Of a DNA stretch of 64,000 nt, positions 19,957-28,951 are shown in pieces (the first letter of the stretch is position 1; each line of letters begins with the position of its first letter). The DNA is from a virus. Location of the stretch: the IMG/VR virus record IMGVR_UViG_3300040856_003054, positions 32,001-96,000 of that record. One strand, given 5' to 3'. The position numbers and the translations under genes are program-made. The notes beneath the pieces were generated by a model. That model saw only the letters and a program-made list of their open reading frames with translations, searched no databases and was not told the DNA's origin.

Positions 19957-20853
19957 ATGGTAAATCCATATAGATTTTATACCTATGCCTATTTGCGTGA
20001 GGATAGAACTCCTTACTATGTTGGTAAGGGCACTGGAAAGAGAATATATTCAAAAGAAAAAAATATAAATCTCCCCAAAGATAAATCAAGAATAATCTTC
20101 CTCAAACAAAATATAACAGAAAAAGAAGCATTTAAGCACGAAATCTATATGATTGCCGTGTTTGGTAGAAAAGATTTAGGAACTGGTATTCTTTATAATA
20201 GAACTAATGGTGGTGATGGAATAAGTGGATTTAAACATAGTCAAAAATCTAAAAATGAAATGAGTGAAAAAAGAAGAGGTAAAAATAATGCATTTTATGG
20301 TAAAAAACATTTACCAGAAACAATAAAAAGATTAAGTGAAAATAAGAAAGGAAAATATGTTGGAGATAAAAATCCTTTGTTTGGTAAAAAACATTCACAA
20401 GAAACAAGAAATAAAATAAGTGAAGCAAATGCTGGAAAATATGTTGGAGATAAAAATCCTTTTTATGAAAAAAATCACTCACAAGAAACAAAAGATAAAA
20501 TAAGTAGAGCAAATAAAGGAAGAGTTCTATCTATTGAACTAAGAAATGAAATGAGTAAAAGAGTAAAAGGTGAGAATAATCCTATGTTTGGAAAAAATCA
20601 CTCACAAGAAACAAAAGATAAAATAAGTAAAGTAAGTAAAGGAAAAACTTGCTCCGATGAAATAAAACAAAAAATATCTTCCACACATAATAAACTTCTG
20701 CGTTTTATATCACCGACTGGAGAAGTTATAGAGGAATTCACTACAATTACTAAATTTTGTAAAAAATATAATTTACATAAATCCAATTTGATTAAATTGA
20801 TGAAAGGAAAAAGTAAAACTTGTAAAGGATGGACACTTTACAAACTGGAATAG
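19957..20853 (+). CDS. Free-standing GIY-YIG homing endonuclease with NUMOD3 repeats
   Basis: FYTYAYLREDRTPYYVGKG; repeated NP.(F/Y)GK.HSQETK.KIS; C-terminal HTH-like tail. Confidence 0.85.
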   Translation: MVNPYRFYTYAYLREDRTPYYVGKGTGKRIYSKEKNINLPKDKSRIIFLKQNITEKEAFKHEIYMIAVFGRKDLGTGILYNRTNGGDGISGFKHSQKSKNEMSEKRRGKNNAFYGKKHLPETIKRLSENKKGKYVGDKNPLFGKKHSQETRNKISEANAGKYVGDKNPFYEKNHSQETKDKISRANKGRVLSIELRNEMSKRVKGENNPMFGKNHSQETKDKISKVSKGKTCSDEIKQKISSTHNKLLRFISPTGEVIEEFTTITKFCKKYNLHKSNLIKLMKGKSKTCKGWTLYKLE

Positions 20854-20887
20854 GACACACCAAAATCTTGTATGAATGTCCTATAAT
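20831..20887 (+). promoter_or_regulatory. Palindrome-type early promoter overlapping the endonuclease 3' end
   Basis: GGACACTT-TACA-AACTGGAAT, TATAAT at 20882. Confidence 0.7.
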
Positions 20888-20914
20888 GACTTCATATACA
20901 ACAAAACCAATCCT

Positions 20915-21184
20915 ATGAGATTTAGAAACATAGAATTTAGATGGAGTAAATGCAACAACAAGTATGAACTCGTCAAGTGGAATACTCCAACAGAAGATAG
21001 TTTCTTCAAAGATCCAACTTGTTATGTGATTGCCTTCTTTGATAAAGACAAAGAGGGTTATAATATGAGAACTATATCTTCAAGATTTTTTGAAGATAAA
21101 GATGCATTCGTAGTGGGAAAATACGCAATTGAGTTTCTCAACGAAACTTTTGAAATTGAAAGACAAGAAGAAGAACTTAAATAA
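20915..21184 (+). CDS. Conserved hypothetical protein
   Basis: MRFRNIEFRW...; first ATG after the promoter. Confidence 0.7.
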   Translation: MRFRNIEFRWSKCNNKYELVKWNTPTEDSFFKDPTCYVIAFFDKDKEGYNMRTISSRFFEDKDAFVVGKYAIEFLNETFEIERQEEELK

Positions 21185-21192
21185 ATAAAGAT

Positions 21193-21248
21193 GCTTATGT
21201 GTGTCGCAACCAGAAGCAAAGATGGGGTGCTTTCGGGCACCTTTTCTT
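21193..21248 (+). ncRNA. Putative endonuclease-associated antisense sRNA, copy 2
   Basis: TAAATA at 21182; stem TGCTT/AAGCA; GTGTCGCAA complementary to leader TTGCGACAC; terminator GGTGC-TTTCGG-GCACC-TTTT; TATAAATA at 21250. Confidence 0.65.
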
Positions 21249-21285
21249 GTATAAATAGTATTGCGACACAACATAAAGCAGAACT

Positions 21286-22014
21286 ATGGAACTCAAAGAG
21301 TATCATTATGTCTATTATTCCTATGAGGAATATGGTAGAGGATATTTTGGTAGTAGAACTTGTAAATGCCTACCAGAAGAAGATATAAAGTATTTTGGTT
21401 CTTTTAGTGATAAGACATTCAAACCAACTCAAAAAATAATACTCAAAAGTGATTATGCTACAAGAGAAGAGGCATATGCCGATGAGATTATTTTACAACA
21501 ATACTACAAAGTAGTGGAAAATCCACACTTTGCTAATAGAGCATATCAAACTTCTTCAAAATTTCATAATGGAATGACGACAGAAAAAGCAAAAGAATTG
21601 GGAAATAAGACAAAAGAACTTGGTGTAGGTATTCATTCACTTACTTACGAACAAAGGAGTGAATATGGTAAAAAATCAACCGAAATAGCAAAAAAACTTG
21701 GTGTTGGACTTTATGGTTTTACAAAAGAACAAAGAAGTGAAAATGGTAAAAAATCAAAAGAACTTGGTGTTGGTATTTTTTCTTATACAAAAAAACAATT
21801 GAGTGAAAATGGGTTTAATGGTGGAAAAAAAGCATATGAAATGAAAGTTGGGGTTCACGCACTTACCAGAGAACAAATGAGTGAAAATTCTAAGAAAGTT
21901 GCCTCGCAAAAATGGAAATGTCTTGAAACTGGTTTCATTTCTAATGCTGGGGGACTTGCTTGTTATCAAAGAAAAAGAGGAATAGACACCTCCAAAAGAA
22001 TAAGATTATCATAA
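21286..22014 (+). CDS. Free-standing GIY-YIG homing endonuclease
   Basis: HYVYYSYEEYGRGYFGSR; C-terminal LGVG...T.EQ.SE.GKK repeats. Confidence 0.8.
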   Translation: MELKEYHYVYYSYEEYGRGYFGSRTCKCLPEEDIKYFGSFSDKTFKPTQKIILKSDYATREEAYADEIILQQYYKVVENPHFANRAYQTSSKFHNGMTTEKAKELGNKTKELGVGIHSLTYEQRSEYGKKSTEIAKKLGVGLYGFTKEQRSENGKKSKELGVGIFSYTKKQLSENGFNGGKKAYEMKVGVHALTREQMSENSKKVASQKWKCLETGFISNAGGLACYQRKRGIDTSKRIRLS

Positions 22015-22071
22015 GACACTTGGGAAACTGGCACAAGGGCATCTCCACAGGTGCCCTTTTTGGTCTATAAT
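22014..22071 (+). promoter_or_regulatory. Palindrome-type early promoter with terminator-like spacer hairpin
   Basis: AGACACTT-GGGA-AACTGGCAC, AAGGGCAT/GTGCCCTT-TTT, TATAAT at 22066. Confidence 0.75.
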
Positions 22072-22092
22072 GACTTCATAAGAAACAAACCG

Positions 22093-22401
22093 ATGATTGA
22101 AATCACATTTACAAGAGAAGAACTCCGTCATCTTTATGATGTTCTTCTTAGAAATAATCTTCAAGTCAAGCAATCAGTAATGAATAAAATTGATGAAGAA
22201 CTTATTGCCGATGAAATCTATGAACTTCTTGGTGATCTTGAGTGTTTGGATCCTACTCTTGATGAGGAATGGCAGAACAAACTATGGTATGATGACCCAG
22301 AAGATGAGCACACTATTGCTGTGAAACGAAACCGTGACCTGTGGAATCGTCAAACGATTGCTGAGCTCAAAACTCTTATTGGTAAACTTGAAGAAAAATG
22401 A
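22093..22401 (+). CDS. Hypothetical protein
   Basis: First ATG after the promoter. Confidence 0.65.
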   Translation: MIEITFTREELRHLYDVLLRNNLQVKQSVMNKIDEELIADEIYELLGDLECLDPTLDEEWQNKLWYDDPEDEHTIAVKRNRDLWNRQTIAELKTLIGKLEEK

Positions 22402-22571
22402 ACTACCTCTGCCTTGTTGATGGTCTTGTAGAATACGCCAGCACTTCTGAAAGTTCCTTTGCTCATTACCAACTGATGTATGCCGAAGAACACCAAGATG
22501 CTGATGTTCAGTATCTCACACTGACTGATGAAGAGTATGATGCCATGTTCCCTGTGGAGGATGAAGAATGA
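22398..22571 (+). CDS. Small acidic hypothetical protein (57 aa, not in the ORF track)
   Basis: MNYLCLVDGLVEYA...; ATGA overlaps at both ends. Confidence 0.65.
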   Translation: MNYLCLVDGLVEYASTSESSFAHYQLMYAEEHQDADVQYLTLTDEEYDAMFPVEDEE

Positions 22572-22828
22572 CTAACTGGAAAAAACTTATTCAACTAGAA
22601 ATGAATAGTTTTGATGAAACCTTTGATGATGTTGTGAGTTCTACTCTTACAAAAGAAGAACTCCTTGAAAATTTTGATGATGGTTATGGAGGAAGTGAAG
22701 GAGTTTCATTTACTCTTTGGACTACTAATCGTGTTTATTTCCCTGCGGTCTATGATGGTGCTGAATGGGTAGAAAGTGTATCACGCAATCCTGACGGAAA
22801 ACCAACACCTCATATTGGAGGACAATAA
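22568..22828 (+). CDS. Conserved phage protein
   Basis: FDDGYGG.EG..FT.WT..RVYFP..YDG.EWV.SV.RNP. Confidence 0.75.
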   Translation: MTNWKKLIQLEMNSFDETFDDVVSSTLTKEELLENFDDGYGGSEGVSFTLWTTNRVYFPAVYDGAEWVESVSRNPDGKPTPHIGGQ

Positions 22829-22830
22829 AA

Positions 22831-23076
22831 ATGAAACTCTTTCAATACGATAAAAAAGTTTGGGAAAATGGTGAAACTGACCGCACTTGGCAGTTTGGCA
22901 TCTTCAACAATCGTTCATTACTTTGGGTGAATTATGAAAATCCCAGTAGTTTAGTTCATAGTAATGGTGGATTTCACATCATGCTCTCATTTTTTACTTC
23001 TTCTTCTCTTTTTGGAGTAGATTTTCAAGTTGGTAAATTTGGTTTAAGTTTTCATTTCTTTACTGAATACTGTTGA
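22831..23076 (+). CDS. Hypothetical protein
   Basis: GGAGG RBS. Confidence 0.6.
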   Translation: MKLFQYDKKVWENGETDRTWQFGIFNNRSLLWVNYENPSSLVHSNGGFHIMLSFFTSSSLFGVDFQVGKFGLSFHFFTEYC

Positions 23077-23088
23077 GGAGTGGGATGA

Positions 23089-23289
23089 ATGAAAGTTTAT
23101 GATTACCGAATTGTAGAGAAACTTAATGTGGATACTATGAAACCTTATTTCATAATTCAAAAATACAATCTTCTTACACAAGAATATAACCTCCACTCAA
23201 ATGCACGTATTCAAACACTTGAAGAAGCACAAGAAGCAATACGACTAATCAGGAAATACAAAGAACCTATCTATCATTATGTGAAATGA
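23089..23289 (+). CDS. Hypothetical protein
   Basis: GAGGAG RBS. Confidence 0.65.
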   Translation: MKVYDYRIVEKLNVDTMKPYFIIQKYNLLTQEYNLHSNARIQTLEEAQEAIRLIRKYKEPIYHYVK

Positions 23290-23594
23290 CTAACACCGCA
23301 TACCAAATCTGGGAAGCATTCAAAGCAGAACTTACACAACCAGCAACAGATGATATGAAAGAAGCACTGGCATCTTCTATTCGTACTCTTGCAGAATTTG
23401 AAGACATCAAACCAGTTTCTGTTGGACCTTGTGATGATACTTATGGTAGATGGGATAGAATAGAAACTATATCTCAGCAAGATTATAACTACGAAAAAGC
23501 ATTAACAATAAAAAAATCACAAGTATCTACTTACAGAAAAATTCTTAGTATTGCTGATGAACTTGAAAACCTAAACACTTTGGAGATTAACTAA
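23286..23594 (+). CDS. Hypothetical protein (paralogue of 26936)
   Basis: AY..WEAFKAEL...TDDMKEALASSIR shared with 26936. Confidence 0.7.
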   Translation: MTNTAYQIWEAFKAELTQPATDDMKEALASSIRTLAEFEDIKPVSVGPCDDTYGRWDRIETISQQDYNYEKALTIKKSQVSTYRKILSIADELENLNTLEIN

Positions 23595-23932
23595 TGAAAT
23601 TTAATTATTATACAGAAGTTTTAAAAAATACATACTGTGAAGAATATAATTTTCACTTCATTTTAACCGAAGATGAAATTAGAAGGAATCTTCATACACG
23701 AGGACTTACTCTTAATTCTATATATGGTTTATTTCCACCAGATTCTCCTGATGATTATAGAATGAGAGCATCCATAGAAATTATTAGGGACTCTCTTTAT
23801 GGTGAGAATGTTGATTTAGGTATTGACTATAAGAAGAAGTATGAGGAACTTGTAGAACTTCTTGAACCATGTAAAATTGATGATATGCCCCCAAAAACAA
23901 CATTAAAAATGATTCTAAAATATAACAAATGA
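23594..23932 (+). CDS. Hypothetical protein
   Basis: TAATG overlap. Confidence 0.6.
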   Translation: MKFNYYTEVLKNTYCEEYNFHFILTEDEIRRNLHTRGLTLNSIYGLFPPDSPDDYRMRASIEIIRDSLYGENVDLGIDYKKKYEELVELLEPCKIDDMPPKTTLKMILKYNK

Positions 23933-24108
23933 GTTATCGTTGGTTAAAAACAGAAGACCTAGAAAATGCTATTAGGCATCAAAACATTATTAATTCCAGA
24001 GTGAAACGAGGAGAGATTGAACAACCGACAGAATATTCTTATGTTGTGTGTGGTTGTGGTGATCCAGGATGTGGATTTATGAGTATTCATACAAAAGACA
24101 ATCCTTGA
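23929..24108 (+). CDS. Small Cys-motif protein (CGCGDPGC; 59 aa, not in the ORF track)
   Basis: ATGA overlap; open to TGA at 24108. Confidence 0.55.
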   Translation: MSYRWLKTEDLENAIRHQNIINSRVKRGEIEQPTEYSYVVCGCGDPGCGFMSIHTKDNP

Positions 24109-24152
24109 ACTGCCCACTGACCTCCCAAAGGTCGGTGATTTTCCTGTATAAT
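24096..24152 (+). promoter_or_regulatory. Palindrome-type early promoter
   Basis: AGACAATC-CTTG-AACTGCCCA, hairpin CACTGACC/GGTCGGTG, TATAAT at 24147. Confidence 0.7.
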
Positions 24153-24175
24153 GATTTCATACACAAATAACCCAA

Positions 24176-24667
24176 ATGAAGCACAAACTTCTCCAGAACA
24201 TCACTGAATATCGCAACTGGGCATGGTATGTCTATCAGTATTGGTATAACCATAAAAGTACCTTAACTCTATCAATTCTTGCGACTGATAAGGATCGTGA
24301 TGTTCGTTGTTGGGTTGCAAAACACCCAAACACAACAACAGAAACTTTAACAGTTCTTGTGACTGATGAGTATTGGGATGTTCGTTATTGGGTTGCACAA
24401 CACCCAAACACATCACAAGAAACTCTAGCAATTCTTGTGACTGATGAGGATTGGGTTGTTCGTTGTGCGGTTGCACAACACCCAAACACATCACAAGAAT
24501 CTCTAGCAGTCCTTGCGACTGATAAGTATCCTGTTGTTCGTATTTGGGTTGCACAACACCCAAACACATCACAAGAAACTCTAGCAATTCTTGCGACTGA
24601 TATGGATTCTGTTGTTCGTCGTTGTGTTGCAAAACTCCCACCCACATCACAAGAAACAGACTCTTGA
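24176..24667 (+). CDS. Leucine-rich-variant (LRV)/HEAT-like repeat protein
   Basis: About five 26-aa repeats LA.L.TD....VR..VA.HPNTS.E, seen as 78-bp DNA repeats. Confidence 0.85.
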   Translation: MKHKLLQNITEYRNWAWYVYQYWYNHKSTLTLSILATDKDRDVRCWVAKHPNTTTETLTVLVTDEYWDVRYWVAQHPNTSQETLAILVTDEDWVVRCAVAQHPNTSQESLAVLATDKYPVVRIWVAQHPNTSQETLAILATDMDSVVRRCVAKLPPTSQETDS

Positions 24668-24743
24668 ACTGAATATGAAACAGTATGATGTCCCGAAGAA
24701 ACTCATTGAGTCTTCACAAGATGAGTCTCTTAAGGGTATTATG

Positions 24744-24800
24744 TGACACCTAAAGAACCGACCACTGACCTCCCAAAGGTCGGTGATTTTGTCGTATAAT
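24744..24800 (+). promoter_or_regulatory. Palindrome-type early promoter (near-duplicate of 24096)
   Basis: Shares CCACTGACCTCCCAAAGGTCGGTGATTTT with the 24096 copy; TATAAT at 24795. Confidence 0.7.
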
Positions 24801-24825
24801 ACTCTCATACACACAAACAACCCAA

Positions 24826-25104
24826 ATGACTTCCAAAATTCCTGCTTGTAAGAATTGTAAGCATTTTCAAGAAAGTCCTGATGAGATTTTCAGCACTTGT
24901 GCCCTTTATCAGTATGAGAAGGTTGATTACTTCAACGGCAAAGTGAGTGAGTATAATTGTCTTGCTCTTGCTATGAGGGACAGTGAAGACCATTGTGGTC
25001 GTGAAGGTAAGGACTTTGAGATGAAAGAGTTTGTAGAAGAGGAAGAAGATATTTCCTTCTGGGAATACTTCAAAGGATTTTTCACAAAGAGTTGGATGTT
25101 TTGA
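24826..25104 (+). CDS. Cys-rich hypothetical protein
   Basis: CKNCKHF...C...C...R....CGREGK.F. Confidence 0.7.
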   Translation: MTSKIPACKNCKHFQESPDEIFSTCALYQYEKVDYFNGKVSEYNCLALAMRDSEDHCGREGKDFEMKEFVEEEEDISFWEYFKGFFTKSWMF

Positions 25105-25106
25105 TT

Positions 25107-25283
25107 ATGACTGTTGCTGAAATCATTGAGAAACTCCATCAGTATCCACCTGATATGAGAGTTGAAATTACTGATGGATATAAGCTTCATTTCTATAGAG
25201 GTGATTTTGCTTTTCAACTCTTTGAGGGTGATGATGGAGAAACTTTTGTAGATATTGGTATTGGAGGATTTGATTATGACTGA
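25107..25283 (+). CDS. Hypothetical protein
   Basis: MTVAEIIEKL..YP.DM.V motif. Confidence 0.65.
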   Translation: MTVAEIIEKLHQYPPDMRVEITDGYKLHFYRGDFAFQLFEGDDGETFVDIGIGGFDYD

Positions 25284-25467
25284 ACAACAAGAAACATTTC
25301 TCATTAACAAACTCAAAGAAATTGCAGGTCAAAAAACTTGCTATGAGATGTATGGAGACTTTTATGATGCTGTTCCACAAGCATCAACAAGAATTTTTAC
25401 TGATGGAATTGATTATGGTAAAATCAATCTTTGTAGAGAACTTTTGAAAGATTTGGGTGATGATTGA
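25276..25467 (+). CDS. Hypothetical protein
   Basis: GGAGG RBS. Confidence 0.6.
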   Translation: MTEQQETFLINKLKEIAGQKTCYEMYGDFYDAVPQASTRIFTDGIDYGKINLCRELLKDLGDD

Positions 25468-25809
25468 CTTTCTCAAAGGATACCTATCCGTCATTATACT
25501 ATCTCTACTGATAGGCAAAGCAATTGTTCTTTCCACACCACCAGAATCTAAAGTTCATAATTGTATTCCAGCACAAAAAACTATTGTAAAATGACTAACG
25601 AAAAAATACTTGAACTTGCTGATGAATTGGAGGCACTCTAAATGAAAAACCTTGCTAACACTATTTTTATTTTAGTTTGGGTTACGGGTATGGTATTATC
25701 TCCCAATCTTCTTCTTAAAGGTGTCGCATTCTTTTTCCCACCATATTCACTTTGTGTTGTGGTTGAAAGAGTGATTACAACTTATGCTCCAGAACTTCTC
25801 AAATAATAT

Positions 25810-26022
25810 ATGAATAACCAAGAAGCAACAGCATCATTAGTTGCTACATTTTTTGCTATACTTTGTCTTGTTAGTTCTGCCTTTGGACTTCTCAATATGG
25901 GTTCTTATTTTGGAGCAAAAGAAGCAAAAAATCAAACCACAATTGAATGTATAGAAACACCTGAAAAATGTAAGCAAAGGTATGAGTATCTTAAACTTCG
26001 TGAAAAACTTGGAGAAAACTGA
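25810..26022 (+). CDS. Small membrane protein, CxExPxxCKxxYxYLKL family
   Basis: TM helix plus Cys pair; paralogous to 27365 and 27549. Confidence 0.7.
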   Translation: MNNQEATASLVATFFAILCLVSSAFGLLNMGSYFGAKEAKNQTTIECIETPEKCKQRYEYLKLREKLGEN

Positions 26023-26103
26023 TGAACTGGATGTGATGTTTAATGCTGGATGGGATGAATGTCTCAAAGAGATTGATGCTATTTGTGATGAATTGGAGGA
26101 ACT

Positions 26104-26346
26104 ATGAAAGAACAAGCACAAATAATAAGAGAAGTAGCACGACAAGCACTTTACAGCACTCCTAACGACCAAGAGTGTGAAGTCCCCATTATGGTTGCTA
26201 CTCTTAAAAATCTTCGTGAGCAACTTACCCTCCCATACGGTGCTAGTGTTTGGAAGGATGAAAAAGGTATGTGGTATGATGCTGGACGAAAAGATTGCCT
26301 AAAAGAAATTGATGGTATTATTGATGAATTGGAGGCACTAAAATGA
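26104..26346 (+). CDS. Hypothetical protein ending DELEALK
   Basis: GGAGG RBS. Confidence 0.65.
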   Translation: MKEQAQIIREVARQALYSTPNDQECEVPIMVATLKNLREQLTLPYGASVWKDEKGMWYDAGRKDCLKEIDGIIDELEALK

Positions 26347-26540
26347 CAAAACTCTACAATCGTCCTATGAACTTCTTTGAGAAACTTCATAGTGGTTGGT
26401 GGTGGATTGGGCAAATTTTTGGGGAATGGTGTTATACTATGTTTGACAAAAATGGAGAAGAGTTTGGAGGTTTCTTCTTTTATCTTCAAAGTGATTATGT
26501 TGCTTATGAACAGGATATGTATTACCAGGACACTTTCTAA
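26343..26540 (+). CDS. Hypothetical aromatic-rich protein
   Basis: GGAGG RBS; ATGA overlap. Confidence 0.6.
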   Translation: MTKLYNRPMNFFEKLHSGWWWIGQIFGEWCYTMFDKNGEEFGGFFFYLQSDYVAYEQDMYYQDTF

Positions 26541-26584
26541 ACTGGTACAAGACCTCACCACAAACCCTGTGAGTGCCTTATAAT
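26528..26584 (+). promoter_or_regulatory. Palindrome-type early promoter
   Basis: GGACACTT-TCTA-AACTGGTAC, TATAAT at 26579. Confidence 0.7.
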
Positions 26585-26607
26585 ACTCTTATACACACAG
26601 AAACCTG

Positions 26608-26928
26608 ATGACTGAACTTACTCCCGAAGCACAAACAGTTGTGGATGCTTATGAGCAAACTACTGATAAGTATGCTGCTCTTGCTGCTGTTCTTTGTGCT
26701 GCTATTGATATTGTAGTTCCTGAAGAAGCAGAGGCACCGAAGGCACAGTTTGATTGTCCTCCCCATAAGTTATACAGTTTTAGAAAAGATGAGGAAAGGT
26801 GGGGATATGACCATAAAGACTATTTGAGGAGGCAATTTGCTCAAAACAAACTGGATATTCGTTGGGAACAACGGCAACAAACTCGTGCTTTGATGCTTGC
26901 TATTATTACTGAACTTGAGATTAAGTGA
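26608..26928 (+). CDS. Hypothetical protein
   Basis: MTELTPEAQ.V.DAY...ALAAVL family. Confidence 0.65.
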   Translation: MTELTPEAQTVVDAYEQTTDKYAALAAVLCAAIDIVVPEEAEAPKAQFDCPPHKLYSFRKDEERWGYDHKDYLRRQFAQNKLDIRWEQRQQTRALMLAIITELEIK

Positions 26929-26935
26929 ATGACTA

Positions 26936-27145
26936 ATGACTGACGCAGCATACAAAGTTTGGGAAGCATTCAAGGCAGAATTGATTGTAGAACCCACAGA
27001 TGATATGAAAGAAGCACTAGCATCTTCTATTCGTGAGGTTGTTATTGAAGTAATACTTAAGTATATGCAGTATGCCGAATGGGAAATAGTCAATAAAATT
27101 ATGGAAGATATTAATGAACTTGCTGATGAATTGGAGGCACTATGA
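26936..27145 (+). CDS. Hypothetical protein (paralogue of 23286)
   Basis: Shared N-terminal ~33 aa; ends ADELEAL. Confidence 0.7.
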   Translation: MTDAAYKVWEAFKAELIVEPTDDMKEALASSIREVVIEVILKYMQYAEWEIVNKIMEDINELADELEAL

Positions 27146-27363
27146 AATTTGACCCAGATTGGATACTTTTGACTATCCCTGTTTGTGTAATCGTTGCTGC
27201 TGGTGTTCTCACCTATGATGCTCAACAACAACGAGTAACATTCCAACAAACATACAACAAGAACCTGGAGTGTCGTCAATCACTCAAAGGACAAACGATG
27301 GCAAGAGTGAATGAAATTTGTGGTCCTGTTCCACAAATCAAAGATTTTACTGGGGGAAACTGA
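27142..27363 (+). CDS. Small membrane protein
   Basis: N-terminal TM segment and two Cys. Confidence 0.65.
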   Translation: MKFDPDWILLTIPVCVIVAAGVLTYDAQQQRVTFQQTYNKNLECRQSLKGQTMARVNEICGPVPQIKDFTGGN

Positions 27364-27364
27364 A

Positions 27365-27559
27365 ATGTGTAAGGTTGAATTGGATGAACTTATTTGTTTT
27401 ATTGTTATTCCATTCACTTTTATGGGTATGATGGCATTTGCTAGCTGGCAAGGATACAAAAAAGGAATGAATGAAACTCTTATTTTGTGTGTAGAAAATC
27501 CCCAACAGTGTAAAACAATTTATGATCATTTGAAGTTGGAGAAAACTGATGTACGATAA
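27365..27559 (+). CDS. Small membrane protein, CxExPxxCK family
   Basis: TM plus LCVENPQQCKTIYDHLKL. Confidence 0.65.
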   Translation: MCKVELDELICFIVIPFTFMGMMAFASWQGYKKGMNETLILCVENPQQCKTIYDHLKLEKTDVR

Positions 27560-27743
27560 TGATAATGGTAAAAGCACTTTTATACTATTTCTTATTTTAG
27601 TCCCTGTAGTCGGTATATTTCTTGTGGGTTCGTCACTAGGTTATGATAATGGTAAGAATACTACCATTAAGTATTGTATTGAGCAACCCAAAGAATGTAA
27701 AACCACTTATGATTATCTAAAACTTCAGGAGAACCAGAAATGA
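27549..27743 (+). CDS. Small membrane protein, CxExPxxCK family
   Basis: TM plus YCIEQPKECKTTYDYLKL. Confidence 0.7.
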   Translation: MYDNDNGKSTFILFLILVPVVGIFLVGSSLGYDNGKNTTIKYCIEQPKECKTTYDYLKLQENQK

Positions 27744-27976
27744 AAGGATGGAAAGACATCTCACAAGAATTAATGGGAGCATACTACACAGACATTGATG
27801 AAGTGAGATTGGGCACGGATAGACCTGCAATTGCGAATGTCCTTAATGAATTAATCAATCAATTCAAAGAGGTTTATGAAATTGATGATCTTCTTGACGA
27901 TGATGGGGATTATCCAGTTGATTTTGTTATTGATGTGCGAGACATTAGAAAACTTATTTGGGAACTCGAAAAATGA
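27740..27976 (+). CDS. Hypothetical protein
   Basis: AGGAG RBS; ATGA overlap. Confidence 0.6.
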   Translation: MKGWKDISQELMGAYYTDIDEVRLGTDRPAIANVLNELINQFKEVYEIDDLLDDDGDYPVDFVIDVRDIRKLIWELEK

Positions 27977-28224
27977 CCATCAATACCACACAAGTTCTTG
28001 AATTTTTATTTAAATTGCAAAAACTTCGTCTCTGTCCAGAAATAACTATCTTTGATGGAAATTTTATTATCCACTTTGATGATGTTCATGGTCGTGATAT
28101 GACTGAAAGTGTTATTATCACAAAAGAAAGTGTTTGGAATGGGTACGGATCGAGTTTTGATAAACTTATCAGTGTTCTTGATAAAAAAATAATGGAGCAA
28201 GAAAATGAATTACATTATACTTAA
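27973..28224 (+). CDS. Hypothetical protein
   Basis: ATGA overlap. Confidence 0.6.
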   Translation: MTINTTQVLEFLFKLQKLRLCPEITIFDGNFIIHFDDVHGRDMTESVIITKESVWNGYGSSFDKLISVLDKKIMEQENELHYT

Positions 28225-28543
28225 AACTGGTTTTGGTAAAGGTATATCTCTTTTCAAATCCACAGAACTAAAAACTTACCACAAAGACGAACTCCCAAAA
28301 GTTCTTTTAACTGTAGGTCAGGAGCTTCTTGATGAAGGGGGATATAATAATGTATATGATTATGAAAGAGATTGCTACCCAGAACCTATTCAAGATAGGA
28401 TTTTGGTTTGTGGAATCTCAACTACTATTGATGGGGAATATATTGGGAATTACATTAGATATCATATCGTTGAAGGTAAAATCAAACAATCTAATGGGGA
28501 ATATGAACTTTACCTCAAACTGAAAGAAAAGTTTGAAAAATAA
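28205..28543 (+). CDS. Hypothetical protein
   Basis: GGAG RBS; ends YELYLKLKEKFE. Confidence 0.65.
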   Translation: MNYIILKTGFGKGISLFKSTELKTYHKDELPKVLLTVGQELLDEGGYNNVYDYERDCYPEPIQDRILVCGISTTIDGEYIGNYIRYHIVEGKIKQSNGEYELYLKLKEKFEK

Positions 28544-28545
28544 CT

Positions 28546-28836
28546 ATGAGAAACTATAAGTTAGAAAAACTCCAAAATGGAGAAACATTCATCACGAGTG
28601 AGAAAGGAAACTCTATGGTTCCTCTTATTCATTCAGGACAAGAACATAAACTATCTCCCGCATCTGTTGAGGATGTAGAAGTCGGAGATATTGTGTATTG
28701 TAAGGTGAATGGAAAGTTTTATACTCATCTTGTAAAAGCAGTAGATACTAACAAAGGTTGCTTGATTGGAAACAATCGTGGTAGGATAAATGGATGGACT
28801 AAAAATGTGTATGGGAAGGTGGTGGAGGTTTTATGA
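28546..28836 (+). CDS. Peptidase S24/S26-like domain protein
   Basis: GNSM.PLI.SG, VGDIVYC and HLVK motifs. Confidence 0.75.
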   Translation: MRNYKLEKLQNGETFITSEKGNSMVPLIHSGQEHKLSPASVEDVEVGDIVYCKVNGKFYTHLVKAVDTNKGCLIGNNRGRINGWTKNVYGKVVEVL

Positions 28837-28894
28837 TTGAACTGCGGATAGTTGAACCAAAAGATGATATATAAGAGTTGGTATAAATAATAAT

Positions 28895-28951
28895 GCTCTA
28901 ATGAGTTCGCATCCATAAGAGTGGAAAAGGTGTCTTCAGGCACCTTTTCTT
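28895..28951 (+). ncRNA. Putative endonuclease-associated antisense sRNA, copy 3
   Basis: TATAAATA at 28882; stem GCTCT/AGAGT; TGAGTTCGCA complementary to leader TGCGAACTCA; terminator AAAAGGTGTC-TTCA-GGCACCTTTT; TATAAATA at 28953. Confidence 0.65.

Noticed and set aside
28833-28874. 13-codon ORF MIELRIVEPKDDI upstream of cassette 3 as a leader peptide
   Set aside because: Not present in the other cassettes; more likely the stub of a gene truncated by the insertion.
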